Below are positions 45,415 through 54,784 of a stretch of DNA of 64,000 bases, one piece after another. Each line of letters starts with the position of its first letter. Position 1 is the first letter of the stretch. Source of the DNA: Candidatus Saccharimonadales bacterium (lineage in GTDB: Bacteria; Patescibacteriota; Microgenomatia; Levybacterales; UBA12049); NCBI GenBank assembly GCA_035479415.1, contig DATIIS010000051.1, positions 19,138-83,137 of the forward strand, read 5' to 3'. The notes below the pieces were generated by a model that saw nothing but the letters and a program-made list of their open reading frames with translations, was not told the origin of the DNA and ran no database searches. The position numbers and the translations under genes are program-made.

Positions 45415-45416
45415 TT

Positions 45417-46250
45417 TTATATTTCCAGTCTAGCAAAAAGTGGTGAATGATCAGAGCCAGGAAGATCAAGTTTGATGCATTTAGTAACTTTGATATTTCT
45501 AACCCAGATATAATCAAGTTTTCGTCTAATATGAATATGGAACCATTTAATTATCCAAGGGAAAAGTTTGATACTTGTTGTAAAATTAATATTGTAAATA
45601 TCTGATGTCCATGGAATTTTTCTTGATGCATCAATAAAGTCCATCCCTAACCGCTTTTGTAGTAATTTTTCCTCTCTGCCTGTATGTAATAAATCCATAG
45701 TATTAAAATCTCCGCAAAGTATCTCATATGTAGGTTTTTTTTCTTTTTTGAATTTTGACAAAAGATAAGTAAGTTGTTTGAGCCGATGTGTGGGACCTCC
45801 GACATTGTCGACATGAATTGATGAGATGCGAAGAGTTGTATCATTTATAGAAAAATAACATGTTGTAACTCTTCTTTGCAAAGGAATTCCAGGAACACCA
45901 ATTACCCAATAATAGAATTTTTCATGTGTTGTAAACTCTTTCAATTTTGGAAGAAGGGTTTTTTCTTCTCGTTCAAGTTTGAGTTTATTTTTATTCCAAA
46001 GGATACATGTTCCGATACTTTGTCGTGAGAACTGTGGCCCAACATGATATGCGGCCAGCCAATTTTTACCAAGTTGTTTAAGGAAGCTATCAATAATAAA
46101 TTCTTGTTTGTCGACATTGATAATTTCTTGAAGGCATATAACATCAGCGCCATCATCTACAAGTCGTTGTATGTTACCAATAACTTTTTGGGTATTAATT
46201 CCAAACTGGATATTGTAGGAGACAACACTAAGTGTGGTATGTTCAGTCAT
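45417..46250 (-). CDS. endonuclease/exonuclease/phosphatase (EEP) family protein
   Basis: 277 aa. VVSYNIQFG..GADVICLQEI and C-terminal GSDHSPLFARLE. Confidence 0.75.
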   Translation of the reverse strand: MTEHTTLSVVSYNIQFGINTQKVIGNIQRLVDDGADVICLQEIINVDKQEFIIDSFLKQLGKNWLAAYHVGPQFSRQSIGTCILWNKNKLKLEREEKTLLPKLKEFTTHEKFYYWVIGVPGIPLQRRVTTCYFSINDTTLRISSIHVDNVGGPTHRLKQLTYLLSKFKKEKKPTYEILCGDFNTMDLLHTGREEKLLQKRLGMDFIDASRKIPWTSDIYNINFTTSIKLFPWIIKWFHIHIRRKLDYIWVRNIKVTKCIKLDLPGSDHSPLFARLEI

Positions 46251-46253
46251 ATA

Positions 46254-46730
46254 TTAGTGTAGTATAAGCCCCATTTGTTTGGTTTTCCAATAAAGATATG
46301 CGCTTCGTGCAGTCATAAGAAAAAAGACTGGTATAAATATCTCAGTTTGACTGACTCCTTTGAGAGATGTTTCTCCAAAGATATATGAAAGAACTGCTTT
46401 GATAACAAAAGCTGCAAACCACCAAAGGATATATGTCCAATTTCCTTTCACCATTGCTCGATCTGTCGGTCCTTTATAGACATGAAGTTGTCGACATGCA
46501 AGAAGTCCGAGGACAATTGATATGATACTCATAAGTAAGGTTTCAATTATTTCTTTTTCAGTTGGATGAAATGCAGAAAATGATTTTATAAGAAAAAATA
46601 AAATAATAGCGGGCAAAATAATAAGTCCTTTTTGACTTAATTTTCTTGGACGAAGTTGTCTGTAAATAACAAATCCAAACACTGCCACAGAAATTAACAC
46701 GGGCAAAATGGTTTCTTCAAATCCTGTCAT
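46254..46730 (-). CDS. 4-TM membrane protein (possibly DUF1453-like)
   Basis: 158 aa. Family recall is weak. Confidence 0.4.
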   Translation of the reverse strand: MTGFEETILPVLISVAVFGFVIYRQLRPRKLSQKGLIILPAIILFFLIKSFSAFHPTEKEIIETLLMSIISIVLGLLACRQLHVYKGPTDRAMVKGNWTYILWWFAAFVIKAVLSYIFGETSLKGVSQTEIFIPVFFLMTARSAYLYWKTKQMGLILH

Positions 46731-46762
46731 ATGTTAATTTTACCATAGAGACTAAGCTTTTT

Positions 46763-49048
46763 CTAATGAGGAGCAGGAGATGGCGTGATATTTGCGATAA
46801 CTTGAGCTATATTATTGCCTGGTGGATACCATTGCCAATCCGCAGCTGAATGCGTTGTGTGAATCCATTCATCGATTCCCAATTGCCAGCGATTGACTCC
46901 ATCTTTTGAAACAGGATCATCTTCATGAACATCATAATATGTTTTACCACCATCCATTTTATAATCAGGTGACGTCTTTGTGGGTTCAGTTCCTTTGACA
47001 AAATATTCAGAACGTGTTGGTTGTCCTTGGACTGGCAGTCCTCCCATGACAGCATCTACTTCTTTGGCAATAACATCATCAGGCTTCTTGGGATCTTCAT
47101 TTGGTTTGCCTTTGAGGACTTGAGCCATAATTTTATTCCAAATTGGCGAGGCTCCTGTCTCCCCTGATGCAATTGCTGGATTCATTGGTGAATTATTATT
47201 ATTCCCTACCCAAACCCCTACAACATAAGATGGCGTATATCCAATTGTCCAGTTATCTCGTTTTTGATCAGTAGTTCCTGTCTTGACGGAGACTGTCTTT
47301 CCTGGAACTACGAGCCACGAATTGGGTCCAAAAGCAAGAGTTCGTGCATTGTTATCAAGGAGTATATGTGAAATAAGAAATGCTATGGTATCAGCAAGGA
47401 CTCGCTTACCAGGAGTTGGTTGGTTCTCATAAAGGACATTTCCTTTTGGACCCTCGACTTTAAGGATTGAGACTGGATCATGTCGTATGCCACCTGTTGC
47501 GAATACTTCATAGGCGGTTGTCTCATCAAGAAGTGTCGTCTCACGTCCACCAAGAACAAGTGACAGGCCAACTTGTGAGAGGTTCTCTTGAGTTGGTTGC
47601 CAGTTTTCAATCCCCATATTGTATGCTTGCTGCATAACTAGCTTGATCCCGACTATAGAGAGCATTTTGACAGCAGGAATATTGAGAGAATTTCCAAGTG
47701 CAAATCTAAGTTGTACAGGACCGATATATGTCCCTTCATAATCAACTGGCTGATATGCGGGAGTTGAGGCATTGGTCTGAAAATCAGTGGGGGCGTCCAT
47801 AAGCATAGTTGCAGGTGTATAACCTTTTTGGAATGCAACAGAATACATAATAGGTTTAAGAGATGATCCAGGCTGTCTATTGGCGAGTGCGTCATTGTAA
47901 CTTCCATCATTTACTTTATCAAAATAATCAGCGCTTCCTACCATTGCCAGGATCTGACCTGTTTTTGCATCTCGTACAACTGCAGCGCCATTGGAGACAT
48001 GGTACTGTTTGAGATGTGCAAGTTCTGATTTGACTGTGTCTTCTGCTTGTTTCTCGATTTTATAATCGAGAGTTGTTGTGACAGTAAGGCCTCCTGATTC
48101 GACTGCTTGTTCACCAAACATCTTGACCAACTCACTTTTAACATACATGACAAAATGTGGTGCTTTGAGTGAAAGGTCATGCGTTGAAAATTTATAATTG
48201 GTAATTTCAGTAAGAGCTTGAGTCTCTTGAGCTTGTGTTATATATCCATCTTGTTGCATTTGTTTAAGAACTGCACTTGTTCTGCCTATATAATAGGTAT
48301 GTCCACTAAAAGGTGAATAATAGGTCGGACTTTGTGGAAGTCCTGCAAGAAAAGCAGATTGCGCCAAGTCCAAATCCTTCACATGTTTTCCAAAATATTC
48401 TTGTGCTGCAGCTTCAACCCCTACAGCCGGCCCGCCATAGCCAATATCATTGAGGTAGAGCTCCAAAATCTCATTTTTGGGATAAATTTGAGTTACCTCT
48501 ACCGCAAGAATTAATTCTTTTGTTTTTCGACCTACAGTTTGTTGATCATTTAGCAGGACATTTTTTACGAGTTGTTGTGTGATTGTCGATCCACTTTGAA
48601 TTCCTCCACCCAACACCATATTCCTAACAGCCCGAAGCATTCCAAGTGCTGAGAATCCTTGATTGCCATAGAAATTTTTGTCTTCTATTGAAATTGTCCC
48701 CTCTTGCAGATATTTAGGAATTTGTGTGATGGGGACATAGACTCTATTTTCGTTGAGATAAAATGAATAAAGAAGCACTCCATTACGGTCATAAATCCGT
48801 GTATTGCTATTATTATCTGCAGTTACAAGTTTGTTAGGAGCAGGCAGATCTCGTGAGATCCAAAGAATAGTCCCAAGCGCAATAACCACGATAGAAATTG
48901 CAGCTCCTATAACATATCTCCACAAATATTCTCGTTTAATATATCTCTTTTTGTAATACTCAAATTTTTGTTTGATAAGACCCTTTTTTGTAATAGGTTG
49001 TTGTTCTAGCTCTATTTTTTCCTGGTTAGAGAGTTTTTTCATATACAA
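46763..49048 (-). CDS. class A penicillin-binding protein (PBP1A-type transglycosylase/transpeptidase)
   Basis: 761 aa. GT51 motifs EDKNFYGNQGF and GSTITQQLVKN. Transpeptidase motifs SSLKP (SxxK), SLN and KTGT. Confidence 0.9.
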   Translation of the reverse strand: MYMKKLSNQEKIELEQQPITKKGLIKQKFEYYKKRYIKREYLWRYVIGAAISIVVIALGTILWISRDLPAPNKLVTADNNSNTRIYDRNGVLLYSFYLNENRVYVPITQIPKYLQEGTISIEDKNFYGNQGFSALGMLRAVRNMVLGGGIQSGSTITQQLVKNVLLNDQQTVGRKTKELILAVEVTQIYPKNEILELYLNDIGYGGPAVGVEAAAQEYFGKHVKDLDLAQSAFLAGLPQSPTYYSPFSGHTYYIGRTSAVLKQMQQDGYITQAQETQALTEITNYKFSTHDLSLKAPHFVMYVKSELVKMFGEQAVESGGLTVTTTLDYKIEKQAEDTVKSELAHLKQYHVSNGAAVVRDAKTGQILAMVGSADYFDKVNDGSYNDALANRQPGSSLKPIMYSVAFQKGYTPATMLMDAPTDFQTNASTPAYQPVDYEGTYIGPVQLRFALGNSLNIPAVKMLSIVGIKLVMQQAYNMGIENWQPTQENLSQVGLSLVLGGRETTLLDETTAYEVFATGGIRHDPVSILKVEGPKGNVLYENQPTPGKRVLADTIAFLISHILLDNNARTLAFGPNSWLVVPGKTVSVKTGTTDQKRDNWTIGYTPSYVVGVWVGNNNNSPMNPAIASGETGASPIWNKIMAQVLKGKPNEDPKKPDDVIAKEVDAVMGGLPVQGQPTRSEYFVKGTEPTKTSPDYKMDGGKTYYDVHEDDPVSKDGVNRWQLGIDEWIHTTHSAADWQWYPPGNNIAQVIANITPSPAPH

Positions 49049-49116
49049 TTATTATACGACAATTTACTCTTCATGAAAAATTGACTTTGTCAGCGGATTA
49101 TATTATCGTAAAGAGG

Positions 49117-49599
49117 ATGAAGAATGAAAAAGTAATTCGAGATACACTCCTTATGTTTCTTAAAGGCGGCCAGGCATATTCGCCTTTTTCTGAGATAATT
49201 GCGAATTTTCCTGAAGCTCACATGAATGATATTTTCCCAAATGGTACTTATACTCCATGGCATTTACTTGAGCATATCCGTCGGACGCAGTTTGATATTT
49301 TGGATTTTATCATTAATTCTGACTATCAAGAGAGATCCTGGCCGGATGATTATTGGCCAGCCAAGTCTGAAAAAGCTACCCAAAAAGAATGGGATAAGAC
49401 AATTAGTGACTATGAGAAAGACAGACAAGCTCTTGAAAAAATCATTAAAGATCCAAAGACAGATCTTTATGCCAAAATACCTCATGGATCAGGTCAGACA
49501 ATATTGAAAGAAATAATACTTATTGTTGATCACGCGTCATATCATTTAGGAGAATTTTCCATCATGAGGCAAGTCATGAATACATGGAATAAAAAATAA
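49117..49599 (+). CDS. DinB family protein
   Basis: PWHLLEHIRRTQFDIL and VDHASYHLGEFSIMRQ form the DinB His triad pattern. ATG 49117 is preferred over TTG 49081. Confidence 0.65.
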   Translation: MKNEKVIRDTLLMFLKGGQAYSPFSEIIANFPEAHMNDIFPNGTYTPWHLLEHIRRTQFDILDFIINSDYQERSWPDDYWPAKSEKATQKEWDKTISDYEKDRQALEKIIKDPKTDLYAKIPHGSGQTILKEIILIVDHASYHLGEFSIMRQVMNTWNKK

Positions 49600-49603
49600 G
49601 CTT

Positions 49604-49918
49604 ATGAGAGGTTCCGCTCTTTCAGTCACAATTATCATCGTTGCAATTATTTTAATTATTGGGATGATAGGCTATATCGCATTTAGTAGCTTGAGTAAAT
49701 CACAGCCTGCAACAGATACAAAAACTTCTCAATCATCGGGAGTTCCACAAGCACAAGTTAAAGATTTTGCACCAAATTTGTCGATGAGTCAGAAAACAAC
49801 AATTCTGATCGAACTTTCAGATAGTTCAATGGTAAAATACATTGTCCCAACAACTCAAGTCGATACTTATGTTAAGAATTTGCCACCCGGCTACCATGTA
49901 GTATCCAAAAGCCCATAG
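49604..49918 (+). CDS. small N-terminally anchored exported protein
   Basis: 104 aa, single TM. No motif recognised. Confidence 0.4.
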   Translation: MRGSALSVTIIIVAIILIIGMIGYIAFSSLSKSQPATDTKTSQSSGVPQAQVKDFAPNLSMSQKTTILIELSDSSMVKYIVPTTQVDTYVKNLPPGYHVVSKSP

Positions 49919-49932
49919 AGCTCTATTATTTT

Positions 49933-49996
49933 TCGAGTGAGGGCTAAAGCCCGAATCGAGAAATACTGTCCACGGATAAGTTCTCGACAAGCTCGA
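49933..49996 (+). repeat. tRNA-like nested-stem element (TCGAG..TCGAG..CTCGA..CTCGA) in a convergent intergenic gap
   Basis: Hairpin GGGC-TAAA-GCCC (49941-49952). A 6-bp stem CGAGAA/TTCTCG (49957-49962 / 49981-49986) has an 18-nt loop. The outer pair is TCGAG (49933) with CTCGA (49992). It contains CTCGACA (49983-49989), identical to the tRNA-Gln 3' acceptor strand. Confidence 0.5.
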
Positions 49997-50016
49997 ACAA
50001 TACTTCGCTTTGTTGA

Positions 50017-50790
50017 TTATAGTTTTAACGATTTTTTTAAAGAATAATCTCCAATAGTGGTTCTCAAAATATCGATAGTAACTGCTCCACATCCAATTTC
50101 TTTCCCAAGCTGATGAACGAGCTCTCTGACATATGTTCCACTTGAACAAGTAACATTGAATTTAACCGTTTTAAGTTTTTCACTTCGGTCGTATTTAGCA
50201 AAAAATTCTTCCCATCTTTTTAAAATACTATTTTGCCGAAAATCTCCATGTATCAAAGCTATCTCACGATTTATTTTTTCTTCGAGTTTCAAAAGGGTTA
50301 TCTCACCCATTCCCACGGTTTCAAATTTGAAAATTTCAATTTCACGAGTTGGGACTGCTATCTCATCAAGTCTCTTATTTTTAGCCCACCAAAAAAGATG
50401 TTTGCCATCGACAGCTTTTGATGAATATGGTGGATAGGATTGTAATTGTTTGCCTCTATACTTATTGACAAAATCGTTTACAATTAAGTTTACATTTATA
50501 GGCACCAGTTTTAATTCTAACGATTGAATTAACCCCAAAAGATCATATGTATCCGTTTCAATTCCCAAAATAGCCTCAAATTCATATGATTTATCTAATG
50601 AGAGATATTTTTCTTTATGTTTAATTTCTTCACCTACTAGTAATAACAAAACTCCCCGAGCCAAAGGATCAAGTCTTCCTGCATAGGAGATCTTTTGGTT
50701 TTTGAGTTCTGGCTTTAATTGTTTTAATTCCATTATAACTTCCAATGGAGTCATACCCATCGGTTTAAAAACAGATATCACTTGTTGCAT
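50017..50790 (-). CDS. truB: tRNA pseudouridine(55) synthase
   Basis: GMTPLEV and AGRLDPLARGVLLLLVGE (catalytic Asp) are present. ATG 50790 is preferred, 1 nt after the upstream kinase stop. Confidence 0.85.
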   Translation of the reverse strand: MQQVISVFKPMGMTPLEVIMELKQLKPELKNQKISYAGRLDPLARGVLLLLVGEEIKHKEKYLSLDKSYEFEAILGIETDTYDLLGLIQSLELKLVPINVNLIVNDFVNKYRGKQLQSYPPYSSKAVDGKHLFWWAKNKRLDEIAVPTREIEIFKFETVGMGEITLLKLEEKINREIALIHGDFRQNSILKRWEEFFAKYDRSEKLKTVKFNVTCSSGTYVRELVHQLGKEIGCGAVTIDILRTTIGDYSLKKSLKL

Positions 50791-50791
50791 A

Positions 50792-52015
50792 TTATTCGTG
50801 AGGATGAATAAGTGGGAATTCGATTGCAAAGGTCGATCCACGGCCGACTTGACTCTCAAGATGAACTTTCCCTTTATGAGCTTTAACTATTTGATACGTT
50901 ATATAAAGTCCAACCCCCAAACCTTTATAATCTCGTGGCGAGACAGCACGTTCAAATCGATTAAAGATCCTTTTTTGTTGATCATGAGGAATTCCAATTC
51001 CCGCGTCTGTGACTGATATCTTAGCATGATCATGAGCACTTGTCACTTCGACGATGATTGGTTTATTGTTCCCATACTTTATCGCATTTGAGACCAAGTT
51101 GATAACTGCTTGTTCTATACGTAATTTATCACATTGAGCGATGACATCTTTTTTGATATCGACGGTAAGGATCGATTTGTCAGTAAGTCTATCGGCATAT
51201 CTATCGACAATTCCTTTAACTATTTTTCCTATGTTTGCCTCTTCAATCTCCAAATCGATTTTTCCTGTGGTAATTAAAGAAAGATCAAGCAGATCATTGA
51301 CCATTTTTGAAAGACGCTTACTTTGTTGTTCGGTATCTTCAAGCATCTTAAGAAGTGTTGCAACTGAGAAATTGGCAAGTGAAACATTACGTATATTGTG
51401 GATAGCGCTTTGCACTTGAAGAAGCATTGATGTAACTGGTGTTTTGAGCTCATGTGAAGCAATTGCTAGGAATTGATCTCGTGCTTTAATTTCGGTTTGA
51501 GAATTTTCATAATTCTTTTCTAAGGTTTCGATAACGTGATGTGTCTGCCGAAATCTACGTTGATACTCGGCAATTTTATCTTGTTGTTTGGATACATGAA
51601 TGACATAACTGATAAATGTACCGACAAAAAAGAAAATAGCCATTTCTAACATAAGATTTATATTTGCGCTGAGAAGAGGACGCGGGAATGGATAAAAAAT
51701 CATAATACTAATACTTAAGAATCCAATAATGGTTGTCAAAAGACCTACCATAAATCCACCCCACCAGGCGAAAAAAACAATTGTTGGAATAAAAATAAGG
51801 AAAGGGTCAAATTTTGGAAGTGAAGTGATTGAAAAAGCCGCTACAAGAAAGGTAGCAATATTAATTCCTACATACGTGAGAGACCTTATAATCATCGAGG
51901 ATTGCATTGATTTGTTTACAGCATACATACCAGCGCCACCTCTATAAGCATAAGGTATTAATGCAAGAGTTGTGAAAGAAAATAAATTATTATCTTTTTT
52001 TGAAGACTGATACAA
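50792..52015 (-). CDS. membrane sensor histidine kinase
   Basis: 407 aa with an N-terminal TM block. H-box IASHELKTPVTSM plus NLVSNAIKYG, DAGIGI and GLGVGLYITYQI. Start uncertain, since it overlaps the patatin gene end. Confidence 0.75.
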   Translation of the reverse strand: MYQSSKKDNNLFSFTTLALIPYAYRGGAGMYAVNKSMQSSMIIRSLTYVGINIATFLVAAFSITSLPKFDPFLIFIPTIVFFAWWGGFMVGLLTTIIGFLSISIMIFYPFPRPLLSANINLMLEMAIFFFVGTFISYVIHVSKQQDKIAEYQRRFRQTHHVIETLEKNYENSQTEIKARDQFLAIASHELKTPVTSMLLQVQSAIHNIRNVSLANFSVATLLKMLEDTEQQSKRLSKMVNDLLDLSLITTGKIDLEIEEANIGKIVKGIVDRYADRLTDKSILTVDIKKDVIAQCDKLRIEQAVINLVSNAIKYGNNKPIIVEVTSAHDHAKISVTDAGIGIPHDQQKRIFNRFERAVSPRDYKGLGVGLYITYQIVKAHKGKVHLESQVGRGSTFAIEFPLIHPHE

Positions 52016-52856
52016 ATCTGTTGATATATGAATGATTTTTGTTATACTCTTCTATTTTTTTAAGTAGTTCAGGAATTTTTTTATCTGTTGCTATCTCTCC
52101 AGCTTCTATAATTTTTGTTGCTTTTTTATGGTCAAACACACTGCCCCATCCCATGAGCCCGATATGAGCTTTATTTTCAGGAGTTATGATAACGTCTGCA
52201 TTACTTATTTCACGAAGTGCTAAATTATGTCTCAGGATATTTATCGCATGCATCGGAATTCTCATAAGTGCAGGAAGTTCCCTAAATGGATTCTCTACAT
52301 ATACATGATCAAGATTTACGGCTATTGTTATATCTGCTCCCATTTTGGAAGCAATAGAGACCGGTACTGGATTTGAAAGTCCTCCATCTGCAAGCAACCT
52401 ATCTTTATAAAATATTGGCTGATAGATAGCAGGGACAGCGATACTTGCTCGGATTGCACGAATTAAGTCCCCTGAGGTAAAGACAACAGGCTCAGCTGTA
52501 TTAAAATCTGTGGCAACAACAGAAAGAGGAACTTTTAGATCTTTAAATTGAGCATCTTCCAGGATTTCACGGATAAAAAGTTCCATTTTGTTGCCTTTTA
52601 GAAGTCCTCCTCTAACAGTAAGGTCAAATAACCTCATCCCTTTTTTTCGGGTTAGTGCAAGAACAAGTGCTTCAAGCTTTTTTGAATCATAATAATGAGC
52701 ATACAAAGCACCCATAATTGAGCCGACGCTCGATCCAGCAATGTAGCTAATTGCGATGCCGTGTTTTTCAAGTGATCTAAATACGCCTATATGAGCAAGT
52801 CCTTTTGCTCCTCCACTACCAAGCGCAAGTCCGATGCGTGGATAATTCTTTGCCAT
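51990..52856 (-). CDS. patatin-like phospholipase
   Basis: 288 aa. Oxyanion GSGGAKGLAHIGV, nucleophile GSSVGS (GxSxG), and the DGG Asp dyad motif. Confidence 0.85.
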   Translation of the reverse strand: MAKNYPRIGLALGSGGAKGLAHIGVFRSLEKHGIAISYIAGSSVGSIMGALYAHYYDSKKLEALVLALTRKKGMRLFDLTVRGGLLKGNKMELFIREILEDAQFKDLKVPLSVVATDFNTAEPVVFTSGDLIRAIRASIAVPAIYQPIFYKDRLLADGGLSNPVPVSIASKMGADITIAVNLDHVYVENPFRELPALMRIPMHAINILRHNLALREISNADVIITPENKAHIGLMGWGSVFDHKKATKIIEAGEIATDKKIPELLKKIEEYNKNHSYINRFVSVFKKR

Positions 52857-52899
52857 ACCATTATTATACTCTTCATTTTAATTAGCTGTCATGAATATA

Positions 52900-52928
52900 T
52901 TGACTGTTAGCCTATAAGATTATACAAT
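52900..52928 (+). promoter_or_regulatory. promoter TTGACT-17-TACAAT, 24 nt before ATG 52953
   Basis: TTGACT at 52900-52905 and TACAAT at 52923-52928. Confidence 0.6.
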
Positions 52929-52952
52929 CTCAATTCAAATAAGTTTATTCAT

Positions 52953-54419
52953 ATGGAAAGATATCAAATTGCTAAAGCTGAGTTTGGTCAGCAAACGATA
53001 GAACATTCTCTTGATGAAATTTATGCAAGAGGATGGAAGACAGCGAGTAGGATCAGAGAAAAAATACCTAATGGATTTCTGGGGCTTGGCCCTGTATATT
53101 TGAGGCCTTATTTGCCTCCACTTTCTTTAGCAGTACATGGAGAAGGTTTCCCTGTGCCTCCTGAACTAGCGGATGCAGCAACTATAGCTGCAACCGATAA
53201 TGCTCCAAAAGTTTTTGGTCATAAAAATTTCTATACAATAGCTTCATCTTTAGCTCTTGATAGTTTACAGGACAAAGAACAATTTTTAGGTATAGAAGAA
53301 GTTACAGAAGGTGGCGTACTTCTATTGCCAACAATGGAACATTTTGAGCAAGATGTTTATACCCATAAAGGAGTAGGGCTCTCGTTGCTTTCAGGCTTAA
53401 TGAGAATTGTTGGTATGGATCTTGGACATTTAGATAGGTTTGTATGGCTTGGCCAGCAAGTTGATCCAGAACAATGGGTTATGGAGGATACAATTGCACA
53501 AAGAGGCAGAGAAATAGATAGAGAGCTACGTCCTTTCTTTTATGAAGGGAACATATTTAATCACACCTTAAATCCTTATCTTAAAAAAATTCTCAGTGGA
53601 GTAATGGAAGGGGAAAATCATTATAATGATGATTCTGAATGTAGACAGTATGTGAACGAGTTTTTAGATGCGGTACATCGAAATAGAGGGATTCGAGGCA
53701 GCTGGTATAGAGAGCTTGAAGGTATACTTAAAGGAGAGATCCCACCCCAATTTACTCCTGACCTTACACCGGATATGTTGGATGCAAGACTTTTTTCCAG
53801 TTGGCGGCACAATAAAGCAGTACCAAAGGAGTCACAAGTTATGCTTTGCGAAATAGATGCCGAGAGATATTATGAAACAGTTCCAATTCACCCTCTCCAT
53901 ATCGGTGCTCGTCACCCGGACAATATTGTTCCAGCGCCAAGTGTACTTGCCTCTACAGTAAAGACAGTATATCTTAATGATTTTGATAATATTCCTACAG
54001 GTCTGGGGTTATTAAATGCACAAATTAGACATATCAGTGAGTTGCCAGAAGACAGGTGGTTACCAGATACGAATGGACGGCCTGTAACTCCTGAACGGGT
54101 AAGATCTGTTGGAATTGATCCTAGAAATCCCATTTGTTCAGCCAGATATGCTGTAGATCCTGTAACTGTGTGGCAAAGACATATACATGAAGGAACAATT
54201 GCTCCAATGTTTATTGACGTACCTCTCACAAATTTACAAACTCCTCAAAGAATGGCAGAGAAATCTCTTCGGCAATTGCTTTTAACGAATTATGGGCATT
54301 CTTCAAGCGAGCTTGATGAGGAATTGCGAAGCTTTTCAATCGCAGGTGTGAATTATCCAGCACTCCCTTCTCTACATACAGTAAACCCTCTACCTCCTGG
54401 TAAATTGTCTTGGATATAA
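52953..54419 (+). CDS. hypothetical soluble protein (orphan, 488 aa)
   Basis: Long uninterrupted ORF with its own near-consensus promoter. No TM or signal peptide and no motif recognised. Confidence 0.55.
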   Translation: MERYQIAKAEFGQQTIEHSLDEIYARGWKTASRIREKIPNGFLGLGPVYLRPYLPPLSLAVHGEGFPVPPELADAATIAATDNAPKVFGHKNFYTIASSLALDSLQDKEQFLGIEEVTEGGVLLLPTMEHFEQDVYTHKGVGLSLLSGLMRIVGMDLGHLDRFVWLGQQVDPEQWVMEDTIAQRGREIDRELRPFFYEGNIFNHTLNPYLKKILSGVMEGENHYNDDSECRQYVNEFLDAVHRNRGIRGSWYRELEGILKGEIPPQFTPDLTPDMLDARLFSSWRHNKAVPKESQVMLCEIDAERYYETVPIHPLHIGARHPDNIVPAPSVLASTVKTVYLNDFDNIPTGLGLLNAQIRHISELPEDRWLPDTNGRPVTPERVRSVGIDPRNPICSARYAVDPVTVWQRHIHEGTIAPMFIDVPLTNLQTPQRMAEKSLRQLLLTNYGHSSSELDEELRSFSIAGVNYPALPSLHTVNPLPPGKLSWI

Positions 54420-54499
54420 AATATTTATATTTTATATTCTTAATAGCTCATCTATTGACTCTTGTTTTTGCTTCTATTTTCATCTATAAATAAAACACG

Positions 54500-54784
54500 A
54501 TGACAAATGATAATAAAATTTTCAAGATACTGGATGTGCTTTTAATGAATGTCGCAACTGTTCTCCAAGAGCAACAAGCACAAAAGACAGATATCCGTTC
54601 ACTGTAGAGGGATATGTCTGGCCTAAAGGGTGATATTGAATCTGTAAAGACTGAACTTATAACAAAGATAGAAAAGGCGAAAATTGAGTTAAAGTCAGAG
54701 ATAACTAAAAATGTAAAGAATACTAATATAAGGCTCACCTACCTTGAAGAACATCTTGGAATTACAGATCCCACCAAACACTAA
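54500..54784 (+). pseudogene. small coiled-coil protein gene interrupted by an in-frame TAG (or two mini-ORFs of 35 and 56 aa)
   Basis: MTNDNKIFKILDVLLMNVATVLQEQQAQKTDIRSL*RDMSGLKGDIESVKTELITKIEKAKIELKSEITKNVKNTNIRLTYLEEHLGITDPTKH*. The TAG is at 54605-54607. The heptad pattern continues across the stop. Confidence 0.4.

Noticed and set aside
2045-49116. Longest-ORF starts given by the track (e.g. 2045, 5843, 12388, 27998, 29846, 34295, 36762, 44626, 49081, and minus-strand 17636, 50859).
   Set aside because: In each case an internal ATG matches the family N-terminus. In most it also sits 6-10 nt after a -10 element that lies inside the proposed extension. The extensions would be upstream of the transcription start.
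54484-54738. 84-aa minus-strand ORF from the track.
   Set aside because: Its composition is implausible (Phe/Ser/Ile/Cys-rich). It is antisense to a clean heptad-repeat reading frame on the + strand.
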